From: Oligoflexia bacterium
GTDB taxonomy: Bacteria; Bdellovibrionota; UBA1018
Length of the DNA: 64,000 nucleotides
Direction of reading: 5' to 3'
NCBI GenBank assembly: GCA_963758495.1
Contig: CAVWVI010000004.1
Coordinates: 992,001-1,056,000, forward strand
The position numbers and the translations under genes were made by a program. Position 1 is the stretch's first letter; every line of letters begins with the position of its first letter. This document shows positions 39,433 to 47,967 of this stretch, piece after piece. The notes beneath the pieces are model-generated. The model was not told the origin of the DNA. It searched no databases and saw only the letters and a list, made by a program, of their open reading frames with translations.

Positions 39433-40374
39433 TCAGAACTTCAACCCAAAGACAGGCTCATGAGGAGTCGTTGACGCTACGCGACCGTCCCGATCTAATC
39501 GAATTAGCCCACCCCAAGGGTCATGGCTGGCGGTGGGGTTGGCCTTAAGAAAATCCGTCCAAAAATTTTCCAACTGAACCCGAGAAGCAGTCTCGGAAGA
39601 TCGCTTTCGAGGCTGCGAATTGAGAAAGCCCTGGAAAGCCTGGTTGATTTGGAAAACAGAATAGCTGATTTGAAGATTCCATTTCTTCTTCTCTAACTCC
39701 TGCAAAATCCTTTCTTCTTTCGCTCCGGCAATCATAAACTCCAAAAGCTTAACTCCCACTTCATATTCGCCTCCCGGTTTTTCCAGCCTAGCTTTTAACC
39801 GCACTACATAAGCAGGCGCCCCAGGAAACTCTGCTGCGTGATGAAAAGCTTCTGCAGCATGGGGCATATCATTCAAATCAAACAAATAAACATAGGCGAG
39901 AAGTATGGGCACACTCCACACATCCCCCCAAAACTGCTTCTTAAATTTTCTTGGGTAATTCGGCAAGTCCTGCCGAATAAAAGTATTCCCTTTCAGGAGA
40001 AGATCCTTCGCTCCCTGAACATCCTTACTCACTACCGAAAGAATATTTCCGCCGGTATAATAGGCTTCAAAAAAAGCGGGGTCCAAATCAGTAATTAAAT
40101 CTAAATCAAAATAATATCCCGCATGAGTCCCAGGACTCACCGCCCCACCTGAGCCAGCATCTCCTAAAAACTTCATCAAAAGCCAATCAATCGCTAACGG
40201 AAGATGCCCCATCGAAAATGCCTTAAAAAGATCTGGGTCCATCTTTTTCGCCTGTTCGAAAGTAGGCTCCGCACTAGAACTCTCTATATTTCTAATGGTT
40301 TGATTCAACACACCCTGTGCGAATAATAGAATCATACAGAGCATTATTTTCAGTTGCCGCGGACACAGAGTCAT
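39433..40374 (-). CDS. PilG-like (myxobacterial type) membrane-anchored protein
   Basis: DWLLM, ITDLDP.F..AY, LLLKG, W..P...AY.Y, DPWGG; position between pilA and pilH. Confidence 0.65.
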   Translation of the reverse strand: MTLCPRQLKIMLCMILLFAQGVLNQTIRNIESSSAEPTFEQAKKMDPDLFKAFSMGHLPLAIDWLLMKFLGDAGSGGAVSPGTHAGYYFDLDLITDLDPAFFEAYYTGGNILSVVSKDVQGAKDLLLKGNTFIRQDLPNYPRKFKKQFWGDVWSVPILLAYVYLFDLNDMPHAAEAFHHAAEFPGAPAYVVRLKARLEKPGGEYEVGVKLLEFMIAGAKEERILQELEKKKWNLQISYSVFQINQAFQGFLNSQPRKRSSETASRVQLENFWTDFLKANPTASHDPWGGLIRLDRDGRVASTTPHEPVFGLKF

Positions 40375-40406
40375 TCATGACCCAGTCTCTCTAGTCTAAT
40401 TAAATA

Positions 40407-40434
40407 TTGCAAGTTGATATTAGTCTGTTAAACT
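40407..40434 (+). promoter_or_regulatory. Candidate sigma70-type promoter of the pilin
   Basis: TTGCAA-N16-TAAACT with TG extension; AAGGGA RBS-like sequence before ATG 40485. Confidence 0.4.
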
Positions 40435-40484
40435 TTTAATAAATAGACTTCATTCGAGCATATCAATTTAAAGGGACGGTTTTT

Positions 40485-41106
40485 ATGAGCATAAGAAGAG
40501 TTTCTAATAGAGATGATTTGAATAACCAAGGCTTTACTCTCATCGAACTCATGATTGTGGTTACAATCATTGGGATCTTGGCCTCGGTTGCCATCCCCAA
40601 CTATCAAAAATTTCAATCCCGTGCTCGCCAATCTGAAGCAAAAGTCGCACTCTCAGGGATTTCTACCACTGAAAACGCCTACGCCGTTGAGGTGAATTCT
40701 TACTCACTTTGTCTAAGCGATATTGGCTATGTTCCTAACTCAACTAAGCGATATTATACGACAGGGTTTCAAATAGCTGCCGGACCCGGAACCGGCTGTG
40801 GCCCTACAGGTCTATCGGCTTGTAATATATACCTGGGATCCCAATATAGCTCAGACCGCTACTTCAGGCGTAGCTTGTGCGCGTCAGCCCCAGCACCCTA
40901 TACTCAGACCACTAATTTGGGAATACCTGGCCACAAATAGCGCATCAGGTGCCCTCGCCGCAGACGGACAAATGCCTGCGACTGCATTCGCTCGAACTAC
41001 ATTCAGCGCTGGAGCGGTGGGACAAGTTTCTAGCAATACAGCAGTATTTGATCAATGGACTCTGAATAACCAAGGCCAATTAGCAAATGTGACTCCTGGT
41101 ATTTAA
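40485..41106 (+). CDS. pilA: Type IVa major pilin, copy 1 (frameshifted near 40824 in this sequence)
   Basis: [36 protein letters not shown]-terminal half (YTWDPN...[16 protein letters not shown]) continues in another frame. Confidence 0.85.
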
Positions 41107-41272
41107 TCCCATTTCTAATAGAGATGATTTGAATAACCAAGGCTTTACTCTCATCGAACTCATGATTGTGGTTACAATCATTGGGATCTTGGCCTCGGTT
41201 GCCATCCCCAACTATCAAAAATTTCAATCCCGTGCTCGCCAATCCGAAGCAAAAGTCGCACTCTCAGGGATT
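40501..41272 (+). repeat. 161-bp direct repeat (611-nt period) shared by the two pilins
   Basis: 40501-40661 equals 41112-41272 except for one synonymous mismatch. Confidence 0.9.
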
Positions 41273-41728
41273 GCCACTACTGAAAAAGCCTACTCCGTTG
41301 AGGTGAATTCTTATTCACTTTGTCTAAACGATATTGGCTATATTCCTGACAATATTAAGCGATATTATATGATAGGATTTCAAGCAGCTGTGACCGGCGC
41401 CTCCTGTGGCCCTGCAGGTTTAGCGGCTACTTGTTTATATACCTGGGATCCCAATATAGTTCAGACGGCTACTTCAGGCGTGGCTTGTCAGCCGCTGGCA
41501 GCCACTTCACCCTATTTTTCGAGTTACCCTTCTCCGTATGTACAATACCTGGCCACAAATAGCGCAGGAGGCGTCGTCGCCGTAAACGGGAACCTGCCTA
41601 CGACTGCATTCACTCGAACTTCATTCACTGCTGGAGCGGGTGGACAAATTTCTAGCAACTCAACATTATATGATCAATGGACTCTGACTGACCAAGGCCA
41701 ACTAGCAAATGTAACTCCCGGTCTTTAA
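41112..41728 (+). CDS. pilA: Type IVa pilin, copy 2 (intact mature pilin, no ATG/RBS; possible silent cassette)
   Basis: Same G|FTLIEL N-terminus; frame closed upstream by TGA at 41090; only a TTG at 41129 precedes the cleavage site. Confidence 0.8.
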
Positions 41729-41756
41729 TATTACTTCTTAATAGAAATGGTTGGCA

Positions 41757-42974
41757 CTACTCTGACACCCCACCAGCCATTTTGAAGATGGGGAGATACA
41801 TAGAAATCAACATTCCACCTACCATTGCGCCTAAGACGACTAACACAATCGGCTCGATGAGTTTAGTGAGTCCCGCTACGAGGGTCTCGACTTCAGCTTC
41901 AAAAAAGTCCGCTACCTTTTCTAACATCTTATCCAGATTTCCCGTCGATTCACCGACACTAATCATCTGAACAGCCATCACCGGAAAAACGTTCAGCTTG
42001 CCAATCACGTTTCCTAAGGTCTTCCCAGACTCAATTTCCGAGCGAATTTTAGTGACCGCCTCTTCTAATACGGCGTTATCTATGGTCGCTTTACAAATAT
42101 CCACGGCATCAATCAAGTTCACTCCAGCAACGAGCAAAGTTTGCATCGTTCTGGAAAATCGCGCAACTCCAGATTTTTGCATCAGCGGGCCGAAGAGAGG
42201 CATCCGAAAAAGAGCTCGATCTCGAAAGGCTCGACCTTCATCCGATTTAAAGTATCGAATCACTAAATAACTTGTAGTGATCACTGTCCCTAAAATATAG
42301 ACAATATTATTAATAACAAAGTGGGACATATTGATCACTAATTGAGTCGGAAGAGGTAGCTCCTGTCCACTCGACTTCAACATGTCCTCAAATTTTGGAA
42401 TCACAAAAACTAATAACAACGAAATCACACCAATTCCGATGGAAATCACCACAAGAGGATACATCATGGCACTTTTGAGCATTTTTTTAAGTCGATCCGC
42501 ATCTTCCAAATATCGACCGAGTCTCTTCAGCATTTGATCAATAGACCCTGAGACTTCTCCGGCACGGACCAGAGAAATATAGATTTTTGGAAATATCAGA
42601 GGATAGGCGCTTAATGACTCCCATAAAAATGCACCTTGAGAAACTTTTTCCTTAACTGCAATGACAACACTTTTAAGAGTCGCATTTCCAGCTTGATCTG
42701 TTAAAATTTCAAGACCTTGCACTAAGGGAATTCCTGAACTAATCAAAATATGAAGCTGACGTGTAAACGTCAACAAAACTTCAAGGGGTACGCTTCCACC
42801 TGGTCCAAATAAGCTAGAAATACTGGTATTCAGAGCACCTACTTTAGTCACACGAATCGGACGAATCCCTTGCCCTCGCAAAGCCATCCGAAGCTCCCCT
42901 TCATTGGGAACGCTCAGTTTTCCTTCTACTCGTTTTCCTGCTTTATCCACTCCTTGATATTGAAAATCTGGCAT
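41757..42974 (-). CDS. pilC: Type IV pilus platform protein PilC
   Basis: FTRQL..LISSGIPL, AGE.SG, SAMMYP, VGESTG.LD.ML, MYLPIF. Confidence 0.95.
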   Translation of the reverse strand: MPDFQYQGVDKAGKRVEGKLSVPNEGELRMALRGQGIRPIRVTKVGALNTSISSLFGPGGSVPLEVLLTFTRQLHILISSGIPLVQGLEILTDQAGNATLKSVVIAVKEKVSQGAFLWESLSAYPLIFPKIYISLVRAGEVSGSIDQMLKRLGRYLEDADRLKKMLKSAMMYPLVVISIGIGVISLLLVFVIPKFEDMLKSSGQELPLPTQLVINMSHFVINNIVYILGTVITTSYLVIRYFKSDEGRAFRDRALFRMPLFGPLMQKSGVARFSRTMQTLLVAGVNLIDAVDICKATIDNAVLEEAVTKIRSEIESGKTLGNVIGKLNVFPVMAVQMISVGESTGNLDKMLEKVADFFEAEVETLVAGLTKLIEPIVLVVLGAMVGGMLISMYLPIFKMAGGVSE

Positions 42975-43000
42975 ATTTCTTCCTCACTCTGCACTCGAAA

Positions 43001-44092
43001 CTATGCACCTGGGCGCTTTTCTTGGACCGGTACTAACATTTTGATTAGCTCGTCAGGCATAAAGCTATGCTCAATGGCATCGGCCTTTGACAATTCCCCA
43101 TTTTTGACAAGCATAGTAAGATGTTGATTCATGGTTTGCATTCCAGATTCATCTTGACCTGTTTGCATAGATGAATAAATTTGATGAATTTTATCTTCCC
43201 GAATCAAACTTCGTATGCCCATATTGGGAATCAGAATTTCACAAGCCATACTACGTCCAGGTTGAAAACTTTTTGGAATGAGTTGTTGAGAGAGCACTCC
43301 GACTAAAGTAAATGCAAGTACTTGTCGAATTTGAGTTTGTTGATGAGGAGGAAATACATTAAGAATACGATTAATCGATTGAATCGCACTATTCGTATGA
43401 AGTGTCGCAAAAACTAAATGCCCCGTCTCCGCCATGGTCAAAGCCATTTCAATCGTTTCTGCATCTCTTAACTCTCCCACCAAAATAAAATCAGGATCTT
43501 GACGCAAAAGGCGCTTGAGTGCTGAAGCAAAGTTTTTAGTGTCTACTCCCACTTCTCGTTGATTCACAATACAGTTTTTATGAGGATGAACAAACTCGAT
43601 AGGATCTTCAATCGTCATCATGTGCCCATAATCTTCACGATTGAGCAAATCGAGCATCGCAGCCAGAGAAGTTGACTTACCACTTCCCGTAGGTCCCGTA
43701 ACAAGAATCAGACCATTAGGCCGACGAATGAGTTTTTTCAAAATTTGAGGGAGCTTAAGAGCATCAAACTCCGGAATTGTGAGAGGAATTCTTCGAAAAA
43801 CTCCTGCGACGTTTCCACGCTGATAGAATAGATTTCCTCGAAATCGCGCCACATCTTTAATTCCGAAAGAAAAGTCGATATCTAAATTTTTTTCAAATTC
43901 AGCTTTTTGCTGATCCGTTAAAACTGAGTAACAAAGCTCCTTGGTGTCTTGGGCAGCCAGAGCGTCCATCTTGACCTTCACCATCTTTCCCTGAATTCGA
44001 AATTCAGGAGGCACTCCTTGGGTGATATGCAGATCGGAAGCATCCTGATCCACCATAGTCTTGAGCAATACGGGCAATGCTACTTTAGCCAT
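43001..44092 (-). CDS. pilT: Pilus retraction ATPase PilT
   Basis: ASDLH, GPTGSGKSTSLA, TIEDPIE, RQDPD.ILVGELRD, ETGHLV, GMQTM. Confidence 0.95.
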   Translation of the reverse strand: MAKVALPVLLKTMVDQDASDLHITQGVPPEFRIQGKMVKVKMDALAAQDTKELCYSVLTDQQKAEFEKNLDIDFSFGIKDVARFRGNLFYQRGNVAGVFRRIPLTIPEFDALKLPQILKKLIRRPNGLILVTGPTGSGKSTSLAAMLDLLNREDYGHMMTIEDPIEFVHPHKNCIVNQREVGVDTKNFASALKRLLRQDPDFILVGELRDAETIEMALTMAETGHLVFATLHTNSAIQSINRILNVFPPHQQTQIRQVLAFTLVGVLSQQLIPKSFQPGRSMACEILIPNMGIRSLIREDKIHQIYSSMQTGQDESGMQTMNQHLTMLVKNGELSKADAIEHSFMPDELIKMLVPVQEKRPGA

Positions 44093-44093
44093 T

Positions 44094-45797
44094 TTAATTC
44101 TCCATCGTGATCGAAAGTGCTTCTTCCAAGCTCGTTAAACCTTCTGCGACTTTACTCAGAGCAGCCATTCGAAGAGTCTTCATTCCTTCTACGATCGCTT
44201 GTTTTCTTAGCTCAATGACACTCTCTCCTCGTAAAACCATCTCTTTTAAAGTCTGACTAAAATCGAGGACTTCGTAAATCGCAACCCGCCCTTTGTAACC
44301 TGTCTTATTACACTTCTGACAACCGTCTCCTTTGAGACATTTCATTTTCTCAGCTTCCTCACGACTGATTCCCAGTCCAATGAGTTTTTCCTTTGGGATC
44401 GGCTGCTCTATTTTACAGAACGTACAAATCTTTCGAAGTAAGCGTTGTCCCACTATGGTATTTACCGATGCGACCACTAAAAAAGGCTCAAGTCCCATAT
44501 TCATAAGACGTGTAATAGTACTGGGCGCATCGTTTGTATGAAGAGTAGACAAAACTAAATGGCCGGTAAGGGCGGCTTGAACCGCTACTTCCGCTGTTTC
44601 ATAATCCCGGATTTCCCCTACTAAAATGGTATCTGGATCTTGACGTAAAAGTGCTCGAAGAACGTTAGCAAATGTTAATCCGATCTCTTTATGGACCTGA
44701 ACCTGATTAATTCCCTCTAAATTATATTCAACAGGATCTTCCGCCGTTGATAAATTATCTGTAATTTGGTTCAACTCAGATAATGCGGAGTAAAGCGTAG
44801 TCGTCTTACCACTTCCTGTTGGACCCGTAACTAGAACCAAGCCATTGGGTGAGTAAATTCCCTTTTTAAATACTTCTAACTGCTTTGCTTCAAAGCCCAG
44901 CTTTAAAAGATCCAATTGAAGATTGCCTTTACTCAACATACGAAGAACAATTTTTTCTCCAAAGAGAGTCGGCATAGAGTTCACACGAAAATCGACTTCA
45001 GAACCGCCCAACTTCAACTTGATTCGGCCATCTTGAGGTACGCGAGTTTCAGCAATATCCATTCGAGACATAATTTTGAAACGGGCAATCACGGCTCTTT
45101 TCATCTCAATGGGAGCTTGAGCAATTTCACTGAGTACACCATCGATACGCATTCGAATTCGAAACCTTTTCTCATAAGGCTCGACATGAATGTCACTCGC
45201 CATTCGTCGAATCCCTTCACTCAAAATACCGTTCACTAATTGAATGACCGGTGCATCTTGATCAGAAGTGCCAGTCTCAATTTCATGGACCTGAACTAAC
45301 TCCAACCCTAAGGTTTCTGCTACTTTACCTTCATTATCTTTTTGATAGGTATCTATCGCAGCCCCAAGAGAAGCTGCTCCAGTATAATATTTGGCGTACG
45401 CTGCATCGAATGCAGAAAAAGAGGTAATGACAGGCTCTATATTCAATTTCAAAATAAATTTAAGACTCTCAAAACCAGAGACAAAAGTAGGATCACAAAC
45501 CGCCATCACCAAAGTACCTTGATTGACTTGGACAGGAATGGCTTGATTCTTTTTGACAAGGTCAGCTGGAATTAATTTAATGACTGCAGGATTAATTTCA
45601 AATTTAGCTAAGTTCACACTGGGCAAGCCAAATCTTTGACTCAGAAAATAAAGCAACTTGGTTTCAGCAATATACTTCTTTTCAATCAAAAACCGAATAT
45701 AGCTCTTACCCCCCTTCGCCGCATCCGTAGCTTCTGCGAATTGGGGTAGGGTAATGATTTTTTCTTTAACTAATATTTCGGCAAGCTGCCGTGACAT
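44094..45797 (-). CDS. pilB: Pilus extension ATPase PilB
   Basis: ASDIHVEP, PQDGRI, GPTGSGKTTTLY, CxxC...CxxC zinc motif, GYKGR. Confidence 0.96.
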   Translation of the reverse strand: MSRQLAEILVKEKIITLPQFAEATDAAKGGKSYIRFLIEKKYIAETKLLYFLSQRFGLPSVNLAKFEINPAVIKLIPADLVKKNQAIPVQVNQGTLVMAVCDPTFVSGFESLKFILKLNIEPVITSFSAFDAAYAKYYTGAASLGAAIDTYQKDNEGKVAETLGLELVQVHEIETGTSDQDAPVIQLVNGILSEGIRRMASDIHVEPYEKRFRIRMRIDGVLSEIAQAPIEMKRAVIARFKIMSRMDIAETRVPQDGRIKLKLGGSEVDFRVNSMPTLFGEKIVLRMLSKGNLQLDLLKLGFEAKQLEVFKKGIYSPNGLVLVTGPTGSGKTTTLYSALSELNQITDNLSTAEDPVEYNLEGINQVQVHKEIGLTFANVLRALLRQDPDTILVGEIRDYETAEVAVQAALTGHLVLSTLHTNDAPSTITRLMNMGLEPFLVVASVNTIVGQRLLRKICTFCKIEQPIPKEKLIGLGISREEAEKMKCLKGDGCQKCNKTGYKGRVAIYEVLDFSQTLKEMVLRGESVIELRKQAIVEGMKTLRMAALSKVAEGLTSLEEALSITMEN

Positions 45798-45968
45798 AGC
45801 TTCCTTACTTTAAATAAATGATTCATCCTTGAATCTCTATTAATAGTCACCTCAGGAGCGGATATTGTCAATTGAACTCAATCATCTTAAATGGGTTCAG
45901 CCAAACATTTGACACGAACTCTTCGATTGCTATGAATTATAATTAGATATTAAAATAATAAATAATAT

Positions 45969-47873
45969 ATGAAAAAGTACTCTAAACCCATCGATCCATC
46001 CAGCATGAGCCCTGAATTTCTTTATGATCACCAAGGCATGACTTTGCTTGAAGTCATGATCGCCGGGTCTATCATGATGGGGCTCTTGTTAGCTCTCACT
46101 CAATTTTCACAATATATGAATCGCACTGTGGCCAGCACTCGGAGTACTGCGGACTTTACTTCTCTGGTCACCGCAATTCAAGGAATTCTGAATCAGTCCA
46201 CGAACTGCGCAAGTGCTTTTAGTAATTTCTCATTTGGCACTCTTCCTTCACCAGGAACAATCAATTCTCCCCCAAACATGATGCCTTGGACCACCAATGG
46301 TAGCACCGGAGCAATGATTGTACCCAACGGTTATTACTCTGCTAATCTCACGGTCACCCAGTTTGCTTTTACTTCTATCACCAGTCTTCCAACTGCGAAT
46401 ATGTATCAATTAAACCTCCACCTGGCTGCCCAAAAAGTAGTGGGAGGCGGTGGAGCGGTAGGTGTTCAAAATCTCTCCCATGATTTTTCGCTTTCAGTCA
46501 CGCTGAATCCCAGCGCTAATTACGCAATTATAGGATGCTCTGGGAACGGAAGTTCTCTTTGGCTGCAAAACCCCACTACTCAAAATATTTATCCGGTTTC
46601 ACCTACCATTAACGTTGGTATTGGAACAACAAGTCCTAATAATGCATTGGAAATAAGTGATGGAGCTTTCAGCTTCTTTAACGGCTCTAGCTCTGGACCA
46701 TGGACTGCAGTTGGCTTGGCTTATGATGCTCCATCGGACACGCTCCAACTCAAAAGTAATAACGGCGCTTCTCAGTTAAATCGGACTAATATGGCGATTG
46801 CCCGAACCTCTGGCAACGTCGGCATCGGGACGACAGCACCTGGAGCACTATTGGAAGTGAATGGATCCATTCTCCAAGAAAATGGGAACTCCCTCCAGGC
46901 AAAGAATTCAAGTGGCACTATAGAAAGTTGGATGTGGCCACGATGGAATGATAATGTGATGTATACTAATTTTGGATCTGCAGGCTGGAATATTCGAAAC
47001 GACACTAGCAATTCCGTGCTGTTTATGGCAAATGGAGGTAATGTCGGCATCGGACAAACAACCCCTACTCGTGCGGAACTCGAGCTTTTTAGTGCTGCAC
47101 AAATTTCCCCTCGACTCCTTCTTTCGGGGCAGGAATTTTATAGTCCAGGTTGGACCTCATCGGACGGTATTGCTCTTGTTTTGGGAGTCAATCGCGGGGG
47201 TAACAGGCAACTTTGGATTGGAGACAGTGCTTCTCTAGCCGTGAACTCTACGAATACAATGTTTCGCATCATACCCGGAGCATCCGGAGCAACGATAGAT
47301 GCTGTAGCGACAAACGGAAATAACAGTCAACTGAATATTGGAAATAGCGCCGGTGTGTTGATGAATGGCACCGTCAGTATGGGGACAACAACCCAGTGGA
47401 GCACGCCGGCGAGAACTCTTGCAGTAAATGGCCCTGCCATGTTTGGAACCAGTGGCTCTCCTAGTTATCTTTCCCCTGCTATATTGACAGGCACCAGCGG
47501 AAATGTGCCGTTTCGTTGCTATGAAAACAGGTGGCAATCCCAAGGAGCGATTTATGGAACTGGCAATTGCTTTGCTAACTCATGGTATCTGGGTAACAAT
47601 AGAATGTGCGACAATGGAGGCTTGCAATATGTCAAGTGCAACACTATTACAGACATAGCAATAGCAGGAGGGGTTGACTGTAAAGCATCGAATAATCCCC
47701 CTATCTCAGTAGAGTATAGTGGCCCCTACTACAGTAACACATCAATAGCTAAACTCGGTAATCCTGGGTCAGGAACTCCAATTGGATGGATGGGGAGCTG
47801 CGGCACCACTGTTGGCAGCAAGTGGAATATGAACCCTGCACAAGTGTTTGTTACCTGTTGTAGTCTTCAATAA
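45969..47873 (+). CDS. Large prepilin-type protein with tail-fibre-like GNVGIGT repeats and Cys-rich C-terminus
   Basis: G|MTLLEVMIA cleavage motif; NVGIGTTSP, GNVGIGTTAP and GNVGIGQTTP repeats; C-terminal AIAGGVDC...GWMGSC...VTCC. Confidence 0.75.
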   Translation: MKKYSKPIDPSSMSPEFLYDHQGMTLLEVMIAGSIMMGLLLALTQFSQYMNRTVASTRSTADFTSLVTAIQGILNQSTNCASAFSNFSFGTLPSPGTINSPPNMMPWTTNGSTGAMIVPNGYYSANLTVTQFAFTSITSLPTANMYQLNLHLAAQKVVGGGGAVGVQNLSHDFSLSVTLNPSANYAIIGCSGNGSSLWLQNPTTQNIYPVSPTINVGIGTTSPNNALEISDGAFSFFNGSSSGPWTAVGLAYDAPSDTLQLKSNNGASQLNRTNMAIARTSGNVGIGTTAPGALLEVNGSILQENGNSLQAKNSSGTIESWMWPRWNDNVMYTNFGSAGWNIRNDTSNSVLFMANGGNVGIGQTTPTRAELELFSAAQISPRLLLSGQEFYSPGWTSSDGIALVLGVNRGGNRQLWIGDSASLAVNSTNTMFRIIPGASGATIDAVATNGNNSQLNIGNSAGVLMNGTVSMGTTTQWSTPARTLAVNGPAMFGTSGSPSYLSPAILTGTSGNVPFRCYENRWQSQGAIYGTGNCFANSWYLGNNRMCDNGGLQYVKCNTITDIAIAGGVDCKASNNPPISVEYSGPYYSNTSIAKLGNPGSGTPIGWMGSCGTTVGSKWNMNPAQVFVTCCSLQ

Positions 47874-47967
47874 CATGGCAAGCTATGGGCTTTCTTGACT
47901 CACATTTGATAGTTACTCAATTAAAATTATTTTATTAAATCTTCGCTCACTCTATAATATATAAATA

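Noticed and set aside
40428..41242. Two short minus-strand ORFs with identical N-termini ([12 protein letters not shown]...)
   Set aside because: Antisense shadows of the duplicated pilin 5' region
40485..41728. Diversity-generating retroelement template/variable repeat pair
   Set aside because: Differences include indels and all base types rather than adenine-specific changes, and no reverse transcriptase is in the window
40375..41757. Invertible (phase-variable) pilin segment
   Set aside because: No inverted repeats flanking the segment and no invertase were found; the bounding motifs are direct repeats
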